Assembly: GCA_032718475.1 (NCBI GenBank) | Contig: JAUCBJ010006728.1 | Span: 1-56,640, forward strand | DNA from: Nemertoderma westbladi | Taxonomy: Eukaryota; Animalia; Xenacoelomorpha | DNA: 56,640 nt | Direction: 5' to 3' | Shown: in pieces, positions 25,746 through 36,926 of the stretch | Numbering within the stretch: position 1 is the stretch's first letter | How the letters are laid out: each line of letters begins with the position of its first letter | Notes under the pieces: generated by a model | The model's database searches: none | What the model saw: the letters and a program-made list of their open reading frames with translations, nothing else | What the model was told of the DNA's origin: nothing | Program-made: the position numbers and the translations under genes

Positions 25746-26703
25746 TTAGGGTAGCACTAGATCTTTGAACAGTGAATACAGCTCGGGAGGATCCGTCATA
25801 CTAATAGGATCAAGAGTCTGAGGTCTCACTAGGGAATGAGGAGCTCTGATCGAGTATTCCGAAACTCTGATCATTGGTTTATTTAAGGATCGTCTGAGTC
25901 GAACGAGCGTAGGTGATACATTGAACAAGTTTCGCTCGAAACTCCTGTAAGTATAGCGAGTAAAACCGTGTTTAAAGCAACGTCTCCGCGGATGTTTATG
26001 TCTTTCCGTTTGTTGGTTGGGTCTTGGGCATTCATCGCAATAATACCCAAAAACGTACGTCTTGTAGGGGAAACGCGGGTGATCGTTCTCCAGCTTACAA
26101 TATTCCTCCATCCGTTCGAAGCTATTCGGTACAACAGGTAGCGGTCGATCGGCGGTAAGATACATCATAGGGGAATCGAGCCGTTTGAGTTCTACCATGC
26201 GGTCATGATGTATACCTTGAGGATATCGAGTTTCTAGATTTTGTTGACTGGCAATATTGAGATATGTTTCTATCAGGAATTCCAGATAATCGTTGAAGTC
26301 GCTGCGTTTATCCGGCTCCTCAACGTCTTCTCTTTCGATTCGGTTTCGCATAGAATTCTCATGTTCGATTCTCGGTTTATTGTTCCGCCTCCGCTGGGTA
26401 TGATATTTAAATAGAACCATTTCTCTTTTGGTGTCTATATCGTCTATATCGTGTAAATCGATAGGATGACCAGTAGTTAAGAAGGCCATATACGTACCAT
26501 TACGCTGCGTATATCGAGCAGCAAATTTTCTATAGTCCAACTCGCGCGAGCTGCTCTTGGGACATTGGCGGTTCGATATAACGACCATCGTCCTCCGCAG
26601 CAGTTGGACTAACGTCGCCGCGTATTAAGCTATCAACAAACGCTTGTAAAAGTAGAGTATATCGCTCCCCGATACTAAGACCATCTTCTATCAACTCCGT
26701 CAT
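25746..26703 (-). pseudogene. Accessory ORF of unknown function in the BEL 3' region (frameshifted)
   Basis: ATG at 26703 (MTELIEDG..) shifts frame near 26530-26590 into a 280-aa open frame. Coding-like composition continues degraded toward ~25200. No recognisable domain. Confidence 0.55.
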
Positions 26704-28353
26704 ATCTGCTATATATGAGTTTATCCATATTATAATGAGTTTATATTTAGGCGAGCGGGCGTCGCTGCCTACCCCAATCAACCCCCGGACAGTACGAGAT
26801 CCTCAGTGCCGATGTGTCGTCGCCGCTGTACTTTCGCCAACGACGTAGCCGCACAACGACAACGACAACCGGCACAAGTCACTCAACTGTCCGTCCCAAA
26901 GGCTTAGATGTACTTCAGGTTTTCCTTGGAGAGTTAGGTTACTTTTACGATTGCGACTAGCTACTGTAAACACACTTTAGCAGTAACATTCACCTATAAA
27001 CTCACAAATACCACACAACTGGTCACAACTACACACATTCGGGCCATTTGTCCGTTAGTCAATGCCTTCCAGAATGTCACTGTATTATTATGTATCCTTG
27101 GATACTAGTAGTGCGCTATTTATTCCCTATGCTATTCAATGGGACAAGCTTTCTATTGTTCTTTTAACTCAATTCTAATTCTAGCGTGGTTGTTGCTATG
27201 GTGACATTATGCAAAGCTAGCGGTAGAATTAGGGTAATTCCAATGCATACAGATCTGGGATGTTATTTAATAGTATTCTTTAATAGTCAATGTTCTGTTT
27301 TATACATGACTTTATGAATTTTATCGGCTATTGACTATGTTTGGGAGACTTTCGCACACTCATATGCATAATAAGATAAATCTCCGCTCCCTTGATCTAT
27401 TAATTAATGGAATTTTGGGAATGTTATAAATTGCGTAAAAATGGCAATTTATTAAATTCATTAAAAGGCATGAATTTAAATTTATTCCCTGAAATTTTAT
27501 TATTTGATAATTAAATTGACATATTTTGATTCTAGAACATGTCTGGGGACACAAGATCCTTAATTCTATGACAATTGTCTTTTTAAGAATATCGGTAAAT
27601 GCTACGATATCTTAATTGACTAGAATTGTTGAAGGATCTGAATTTTACAGATTTGATTTATTAGATTTGCAAATATTAAATAATTAATATTTGAGATGGG
27701 CACCGATTTATTCCAGAACTTGTCTGGGGACGTTAACCACTGATTCTAGAATTTGTCTTTCAAGTATATCGGTGGGTGCCGCGATATCTTAATCGACTAG
27801 AATTACAGATGGTCAAAGGGTTTAACAGATTTATTTTGCGTGATACGCTACTGTTAGAGGGTCATCACGCTACTATATGTATTATTTATATACAGTATGA
27901 GAGCAATATCGCACGAAGCAATGTCAGTGTGAAGAGGCAAGTCGTTTCCAAGGTCTACCCAGAGCTTGGTTTAGCCGAGACACGAGGATCTGAACTTTGC
28001 ATTCCTAATACTCTGCCTACCAATAATACTTAAATATAGTAGTGGCTTTATTGTACTTTAATAAGTACGGACATTTCATCTTACTGTAGTCACGTATTTA
28101 TAATATGATACGGACAGTAAGGAAAGAGGAAAAGAATTATTTCTTGCCGTCGCATTAAATATAATATATACGTAATTAAGTAATAAACGCGAATATATAT
28201 TGCACTAATCTACTAAATAATCGCTAAAATAACATTCTACTGAATAAAATTAAAGAAAACGATTATAATAAAATTACATAGTAATACATACAGAAATATA
28301 AAAATAATAAAATAATATAAAATAATAGAGTCACACACCCACTCCATATGTTG

Positions 28354-31300
28354 TTACGTTATGGAGTCCCTAGATGTTTGAAGGATTAGGGAGGTGGTCG
28401 TGGGAAGAGAATCTTGCCTTCCACAGTTTCCGGAGAGTCCTCCATTCCCTTCCGGTAAACACAAACGACCGACTGGGTGATTGAGTCGCTGCATCCCGAA
28501 TACAATTCCAGGTTTCCTCTTCGTCCTGGAATAGTGACGATAGAAACATCGCTCTAGGTACACGACGGCCTTACAAAGCCGATTCCAGGAGCTATAGTGG
28601 TCTGTCGCTCCCTGCAGGAGAGGTGAGAGTCCCTGCGAGATGTCTGATGTTCCAGAGCTCCAATCGCTCTCTCTGATCTTCATGAAGGATCCACTCGCGG
28701 TGGGGAGGTCCAGATCCACGGCGTCGTCTCTGGCAATATGCAATACCGACAGATCTATCCCGGGTTCAAATAACTCCGCTCCACCCGTCCGGGTTTTAGG
28801 TTTGACTTTCTCCGCTCCCTTGGCTGGTCTAATCTCAGTCGGAGTAAGATGGGGAGGCCATTCATCCTCCTTACTCAGGAAGTCGGGTTCACCTAACCGG
28901 TCTGTAGTATCTGTCAGTTCTTGAGGAGTTGCTCCTCTGGAAGCGATGTCGGCTAAATTCATCGTCTTGGGGCAATATCTCCATTGATCTACATTGGAGT
29001 TAAGATTGTCATTATCTGAGGAGTGTGGTGTTCCCTCAGTTGGTTTGTCTCCCTCACTAGTATCATCTTCCCATTCACTCACCTGGCAGACGCGATCTTG
29101 AAGCAGTCTTTCTCTGAGTGTTCTTCGGGAAGGTCCAGTAAGGTACCAACCTACTCTAGTTCTTACCGCATAGGTCTGAAGTGGTTGCGGTTGAGCAGGT
29201 CGTTTCTCCAATGTCTCCAGCGCCTCATGCGCGTTTTGACCGATTAATATTTGTACTCCAGGATAATCGGTGTCGAATCTAGGAATGTTAAGTCGTTGGG
29301 CATGATCATCTTCGTCCCAATTATAAGGTTCCACTTGGGTGGTAGCGAAGTTCTTTATTGCCACCATTTTGACTGACCTTATACTGTGTTCTCCTAGTTT
29401 ATCCTGTGGAGTGGACAACTCACATATATAATAGTCGGCAGCCACAGCAGATTTCCAAACCTGCATGATCCCTGACATGTTTAGCTTGGTTCGGAACTTG
29501 GGTTGTCCAGCAAAGATGTCCTCGGCTAGTTCCCTATCGATGAATGTTCCCGTGCTGCCGGAGTCCAGGAGGGCGTTCACTATATAGCTCTTCTGAGGTC
29601 CGTGGACCCGTAACTGGACTACAGGAAATTCTCGGATTCCTACATTTGAAGTTGGCGCTTTCCAAGATTGTTGTTGATCTGAAGTAGTTAGGGTAAGGTC
29701 GCTGTCTGTGTCTTTCTCATACATGAGTGCTCGATACACTGCGGTGGTGTTTATTAAGTAACAGGATTCGTTTTCGTCGGAGAACTCGTCCGTATAGAAT
29801 CCTTCCATCTCAGATTGATCAGTGTCGTTCACATCACTGAATTGGACATGTAGTTCGGACTCACTTACCTGACTCGGGCTGTTTCGTTCGAATTCCGTGT
29901 GCAACAAGATATGATGTTTTGCGCCGCACTTTGCACACCTTGCGTCGGAGTAACAGGTTCGCCGTTGGTGTCCTCGTCTGAGGCAATTATAACACAACCG
30001 CTTATCCCACATGACTTCACGTCTATCCTTTAGTGATTTCCTCAGGAATTTATCACACGCATTTAAACGGTGGGGCCCGTCGCACAGCACACATTTCGGC
30101 TTGATGTTACTTACTTTAACCTGTGCTATGTGGTGCACACTTGTTCTTTCCTCGGGCTTTCTCACCTGAATTCTTTTAGGAGACGTAGGAAGGGTTTTTT
30201 GTACCTGTTCTCTCCTGTCATTTGCTCGAGACTTGAATTTACTTACCTGATCTTTAGGCATTTTATTGACATAATAAGATCTATCAGTGTCTTTCCCGCT
30301 ATCTTCTCCTTGAGAAGTCTGGCTTTCGCCGTCGTCTGTATAACACACTGGTGTTACCTTTCTCCTAGAGACGGGTTTTTCACTTACCTTGTTTTCCGGT
30401 GTCTTCTCTCGGGACTGCTTGAGGAGTTGCAATTTCACTTCTCCATCCAAGAATGACATGAGATCAGCCATGGTAGGGTCTCGTCGTTGTTGTTCCATCA
30501 TATATAGTACTTTCTTATCCCAGCGTGTGCCTACCCCACCTTTCGGTAAAGTAGAAGCCACAGCTCCAATGACCATAGAACTTTGGTATTCATGAGACTT
30601 ACCTAACCAATCTAATTGTCTACAGATCTCTTGAATCTCATCGGAAAACTCTATTATCCCACTGCTGATGAACTTTCTGGGCGCTACTAATTTTGCATAT
30701 AAATACTTAGCGATATTATTCCTATTACCATACCTGATGTTTAGTGTGTCCCAAACTTGTCTTAATCCGTCTGGATGTCCAATAAACTTTAACGCCATTA
30801 ACTTGGGAGATCCTTCCAAGCACTCGATGAGGTATCTAAGTTTTTCTCCATTAGATAGTACAGAGTTCTGTATGTTATCTTTGTAATATTCATTAAAAGG
30901 TAACCATTTCATCTCATCTCCATTGAATTTGACTATCTCTCCCACCTTCACCGCTTGACGGGCTTCGGTTCTAGCCATTTGACGCGTAAAACTTTCTTGG
31001 GCCATCGTGTTATTTAATATCGAGTTATCGGTATATAAATTTCTCGGATTATGATCAGGTCTATAGGGAATGTCATTATCAACAGGTCTATAATTACCCT
31101 TAATAGGGTTCACTATAGGAGTTTCTACTTCGCTAGCAGTATAGATGCGTGTAGGCTCCACACCTTGCGCATGAGATATTTCAGACCTAACAGGTTGACA
31201 CATTGTTACAGGGGGTGGTGGTATACCCTTTTGTAAATTTACTAATTTATCGCGTTCTAGCGCGATATTTTGCTGCACTTCTTGCAACTCTAGCCTACTT

Positions 31301-33390
31301 TCCCTTACTGTGCCCTTTAACTGTTGAACAGTCCCTTCTAACTCTCGGACCTGTTGGGAGGAGCGTGCTTGATTCTCCTCCATCTTTCCGAGGAGAATGT
31401 CCATCCCCCGCCGTCTCTCGTCCACCCAATCAACCGCCGAAACAGGATCCGCCAACGTCGTAGCGGGCAGACGAGGGACAACGGGCGACAAATCAGTAAT
31501 ATTTCGCTCGGGGTCCAGGACCTGAACTGTCTTCTGGGCAGTTCTACTGGGCACAGGTAGCTTAGTGCTATGCAGAGGGAATGTAGAGGTAGCTTCAGGG
31601 AGCACAGGTGTGTCTATCACCGAAGGGGTGATTTCAAAAACAGGCCTAATTATTTCAGGCTCATCTACTATAGTAGGGAGTCTTTCTATTTTAATTATTT
31701 GGTCTGTGGGTTCTGTACTGCCTAAGTTGGTGTTATTTAGTTGCCTTCTAACAGCTGGAGGCAAATCAGGCAATTTCTGACGGTGGAATGTTCTTTTACG
31801 TCTGCTTAGACGAGATCTATTTCCTTTGCCTTCAGTATCGGTGGTATCGCCTTCTTCAGATGATGTATATCCCTGTCTTTTGGGAGTAGATCGATTCATC
31901 ATCTGCATATTACTAGCTGTTAACTGTTTACTGAAGTCGTCTTGCTTCTCTTGAAGATTTTCCAACTCCAGTTGGGTGATCTCTTCAGCCGCTCTCCGTT
32001 CTGCTTCCGCCACCGCTGCCGCTTTTGCCTCTGCCGCTGCCGCTTTTGCCTCTGCCGCTGTCGCTTTTGCCTTTGCCTCGGCTTCTGCTGCTGCCGCTTT
32101 TGCCTCTGCCGCTGCCGCTTTTGCCTTTGCCTCGGCTTCTGCTGCTGCCGCTTTTGCCTCTGCCGCTGCTTCTGCCAAGGTCGCCTTTCTTTCTGCCTCT
32201 GCCACTGCTGCTATCTTTCTGTCTTCTATACGTTTTTTCCTTACTTGTTCTTCCTTTTCTCTAGCGATGCGGAGTTGTTCATCGAATTTAGCTTGGTTCG
32301 CCGCTAACCTATCTACATCTATTGCATCCAACACACGCTGGGCTCCTTCACTATTAGGGCTAAGTCCATCTAGCCTTCTCCTCAACTCTTCATCTCCCAA
32401 AAAACGCTGATAGTCTGACAGATAGATGTCAATGGCATCCTTCTTATGCGGTTTCTCTGCCGTCGCTTCACTTTCCACTTGGGAAAAAGTAGCGTCCGTT
32501 GATTCTCCATGGGTTGAGCGCTCCTCCAGCTGAGCTTTCCACTGAGCTGCTCCTTGAACCTGGCGACTCACCCGTTGAAACCAAGTCTTTACGGCAACTT
32601 GCAACGACGTGTCTTGTCTTCATTTAGAAGCCTCCTCAAAGGCCGATAATATTAACCTGATTCGTAGAATTCTTTCTCTTACTTGATAAAGCAGCTGTCC
32701 CTGCTCTTGAGGTCCTTGAGGTTGTTGTAACAGTTGTTTTTCTACTCGCTCCATAGAGCTGAAGAATCCCTGTGCGTATCCGGCTGCGGACCTCTTCCAC
32801 ACAGCTGGATCTATGGTTTCCTCGGCTACTCCCATCCGGTGTATGTCTTCCCAGGCAGCTTCGGATAAATCAAACGGGAGTCCGGGTCCGGGAAAGTTCC
32901 ATTGCGACTCGACCATGGACTTCAGTTCTTCCCTTGTGTATCCAGCATAACTATCTCTAGTTGAACGCTGGCTTCTCGCCCAATCGATCTGGTGTTCTTC
33001 CACAGCGATCAATAATCTAGTGAGTACGGCTGCAGGAAGGATGAGAAGGGGATCTGAATAAGCCTCATCCGTCATCCTTGCTCCGCGTTCGGGTGTCAGT
33101 TCTACCGTATCTTCACTACTGGAGCTGTCGGGCCGCTGAGAAATAAGTTCTTGGCTCGCGGGTTGTTGCTGTTCCGCTGCTTCTTGGTTCCGCTTGACCT
33201 GAGCTCGAGTGCCTATGACAGACCTACGATGTTGGACCAGCCTAGGTTCTTTTATTACTACTGGAGGGATGACCTTCCTCACAGTGGGAGGTGAACTGAA
33301 CTTACGACCAGACGGTTCTACGTCTCTATCTGAGTCGCAGATAGTTACATCTAATAAACTGTCTGACAGGTTCTGCTTAGTATCAGACAT
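28354..33390 (-). CDS. gag-pro: BEL/Pao Gag-protease polyprotein (one in-frame TGA at 32620-32622; RT and most of RNase H deleted; no integrase)
   Basis: DUF1759-like KFNGDEMKW..EKLRYLIECLEG, three BEL zinc knuckles (CVLC..H..C, CYNC..H..C, CAKC..HH.LLH), aspartic protease ALLDSGS, TRVGW, then directly QWRYCP..NLADIASRG..PDFL and YSSWNRL. ORFs 32620-33390 and 28354-32604 share a frame. Confidence 0.9.
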
Positions 33391-34714
33391 GTCTATGTAT
33401 ACCGTTGAATGTCTACTGCTGTATTACAGTCTGAGCAAGTCTAGTAACTCAGTATTAACTGCTAGCCTAGTAATTAATTACCGATACTGCTACTCAGTGT
33501 AGTAGTATATATATATAATATATTAGAACACCGGTATGCTTATGGTATATATAACTATATACTGTAAGTATTATTACAGACTAGGTTTATCACAGAATAC
33601 CGGTATAATTTTTAGCACAAATATATATAAATATATAATAGGCCTATCGGGAATACCTGTATACAGCTTACAGTTTGTAGTATATATAATTCTGGAATAG
33701 AATTAATTACAAGTACCGGTATAATTTCAGCCTAGATTTATAGAAATAAAGATAATAGGCCTATCGTAAATACCGGTATATCAATTATTTTAAATAATTG
33801 AATTTCTGAATTTTTAGGGTTACTTGGTTACTTTACTTACTTTATTACCGCTATTTGAGCAGTAGACCAACTGATATGGAGACCTAATGGTTGTATGGTA
33901 GGCCTACTGTTTATAAATCTTTTGAGTTGATTTATAATATATATATACCCTTTAATGGGTTTTGTCAATGTTTGAAATAAATGTTATTATTTCTGGGGAG
34001 TAATCACTACACAAAGCGGTGCGCTTTCAGTGAAGTGTTACTTATAGGACACTAAAACAAATAATTCTAATTTACCTAAGTTACTTAATACTACAAATTA
34101 CGTACAATTCGGGTGAGATTACAATCTCTAAATAAACACAAAAATTTACAAAAACACAAAATACGAATTTTTAGGGTAATTTTACAAGAAGTCTACAAAC
34201 CAGCCTAACAAAGGGTTAGAAATCTGGTTATTACAACGGACAGGGTTCTACGGTATTTGAAAATAATACGTAGTAGTAAGTACACTGCGTTGTCCAGATA
34301 GGAAAATACCACCGCCTGACGACCTATAGCCGTATCGCTATAGGTTCTACGTTATGTATCACGGAGTGTTCCTACCTAGAAGTTAATAGAGCTAATCGAA
34401 AGTGCCTATCAACCACTTTACAACACAAATGTAATGCCTACACTAATTACTTTCGGAAAGCACTGTACACTAAACCCTAAATTAGGTACGAGTACTTGTA
34501 CAACATATAATCAGTAGTTAAATATACTTGAACAGCTAAAAGAACCACGGCATCTGCTGGAGTGACCGATGCACAAAATCACCAGTCTTTACCTACGCCA
34601 AGCAGCCCGTGTAGTACCGGGGTTAATTTAACTATAGCGGTATGTATAACAAACACAATTACTGTAGGAACAAACTTGGGGAATGAATGTTGCGAATAAT
34701 CGCATAAACTCTGA

Positions 34715-35290
34715 ATAATAAATATTACGCTACGTGTACAAACTACTCAAACAAAATGCAGACCGAACACTGACAGACTACTATCAAGCCTAAACAAACT
34801 ACGGTATATGCAGACTCCGAAATAATTAGGTAGTATGCGTTCTAACCCAGTAGTACGACTTATTCTTTAGTTGGGGGTTTACCTTACAGCATTCGCTGCC
34901 CCTACTTCCTAACCGTTCTTTATCGGACAAGTGATCTACTCACGCTGCAATCCGTTCAGACCTAATAACAGCCAGACAACTATCCAGCCTACAAATTATC
35001 TAAATAAATATTATACGCTACCCGTACAGACTTACACAAACAAAGTACAGACTCAACGATGGCAGACTACTCTCAAGCCTAAATAAACTACAGGACATGC
35101 AGACTCCGAAATAATTAGGTAGTATGCGTTCTAACCCAGTAGTACGACTTATTCTTTAGTTGGGGGTTTACCTTACAGCATTCGCTGCCCCTACTTCCTA
35201 ACCGTTCTTTATCGGACAGGTGATCTACATACACTGCAATCCGTTCAGACTTAACAGCAATCAGACAACAGTTCAGCCTACAAATTGTCT
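34715..35290. repeat. ~289-bp tandem duplication in the BEL 5' leader
   Basis: GCAGACTCCGAAATAATTAGG...TTTATCGGACA is identical at 34810 and 35099. Confidence 0.9.
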
Positions 35291-35461
35291 GTACAATCTG
35301 ATCAGGCTTACACGCCTTCTGTTCAATACTGGCCTACAAACAAATAAAACTTGACAGAAATAAGTAAAATCTCAATAAAAACCAGGCGTCCCCGATTAAT
35401 TATTAAGACCTACTGGTATATAATAATCAAAATCGAATAATACTGCTGTACCTGTACTGTA

Positions 35462-35575
35462 AGTACCGGTTCGGACAGTTGGGCCTACGGACGTACAGAA
35501 GTACCGGTTCTGGCAGTTGGACCTACGGACCTACAGCAGTACCGGTTCTGGCAGTTGGGCCTACTGACCTACAGA
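35462..35575. repeat. Three ~38-bp tandem copies in the BEL leader
   Basis: AGTACCGGTTC.G.CAGTTGG.CCTAC.GAC.TACAG occurs three times. Confidence 0.85.
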
Positions 35576-35639
35576 TACACCGTTCAGGTTTACCGGTTGA
35601 CCGGTACTCCCAACTTTATTGCTTACTGCAATAAAGAAG

Positions 35640-35652
35640 ATATATCCGTTAT
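35640..35652 (-). promoter_or_regulatory. Non-tRNA primer-binding-site candidate (self-complementary to LTR)
   Basis: Abuts the LTR end and has no TGG. It is the exact 13-nt reverse complement of 36396-36408 inside the LTR. Confidence 0.5.
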
Positions 35653-36910
35653 TGTTCGCGCTTTCAGACCTTTGGCAGTTTAACCCGCCAAATTAGGATG
35701 TCTTCTAGATAATAAATCGCTTTAGCCTCTAACAAATATTTGATTCACTACACTAGTTGAAACCAATCTGTGCGCGATCATTCACCCGTTGGATATACCC
35801 GGGAGATTGATTTCGACAGCTTAATCGTATTGCTATGTAAGCCTAATGTATTATTCGACTGACAGTATTATATAATCTCTGACAATATTATTCACCTTCG
35901 GGAAATATTAACAGTTCCTTTAGGACGTGGCGCTCTATCTATATAAACAGAGTTATGACTTAAACTACTCACAACGATATGGCTTAGTTACAATTCACAT
36001 ATATGGCGCATTCTTTAGGAAATGCTTCGTTATCAGTCTCACTCATACACAATGCTGCACAATACTGCACACTGATCTGCCGATCTTCACTGATTTTAGT
36101 CACATATAAAAGGAACACGGACCGAATCATGTAGGGTCTATCAGATAACATTAGATTCACTTCAAACCACTCAACATAGGTCGCAATCATTTATCTGTAA
36201 CCTTTCTCTCTTACCTTCGGTATATCAAGAATATTGGGTTTTCGGGGTTATTTGTCGTTATTCCAAATATAATAATTCATCAACCATATTATGAAGAACT
36301 GACAGTAAATAGCAGTATAACAATATAAAAGTATGCACAGTGTTACACAGTATGCAGTGTATGCAGTACTGCAGTATGCAGTATGCAGTATGCAGATAAC
36401 GGATATATGTCCTTATAATTAAGCCTACTAGTGTAGGGCTAAAGCAGAAAAGCACAAAATACTCCAAAGCCGTTCTTCCTGGCTTAGAATCACCAACAAT
36501 ACTGATAAGAATAACTATAAGAATACCAGCTACCCTTATTCCACGAAGCTCCCATCCAACACAGAGAAAGAGCAGTGAGATAGGAAAATTCAGTTCAGTA
36601 GCTCTGTGATAGGTCAAAATCAAAGCCAACTCAAATCCTATTGGCAGATACAGAAAGCAGGGCTATGGGGCAACGTGGCAATATCAGCCGTTAGCCGTCG
36701 TCATGGTAGCGACACTGTTTTCAAGAGTATCGAGCTTTTTACGTCACGAAATTACAGATTATGTCCTCTAAAGTACAAATACAGAAGAAATGGCTTTTAT
36801 GTCCTCCAAAACACCAGTACAGCAAGGACACGGCCTTTTTATGCCTGGTAAACCAACCACAGAGTACTTTACGGGGATAATAACCGGCTAATTACGCAAA
36901 AGCTTTTACA
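35653..36910 (-). repeat. 5' LTR of BEL element
   Basis: TGTTCGCG...GCAAAAGCTTTTACA, a direct repeat of 23923-25106. Confidence 0.85.
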
Positions 36911-36926
36911 GGATATAATAGTAAAT

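Larger units (their letters stand above)
23923..36910 (-). mobile_element. Non-autonomous BEL/Pao LTR retrotransposon (~13 kb)
   Basis: Two ~1.2-kb direct repeats with TG..CA ends, a BEL-type gag-protease ORF on the minus strand, and a purine tract next to the left LTR. No matching TSD (GATGG vs GGATA). Confidence 0.85.

Noticed and set aside
26895-26960. Inverted similarity to ~43610-43660 (AGATGTACT..GGAGAG..ATTGCGA)
   Set aside because: Too short and gapped to distinguish from chance without an alignment.
31942-32410. Plus-strand Ala/Cys/Leu-rich ORFs
   Set aside because: Antisense shadows of the gag alanine repeat.
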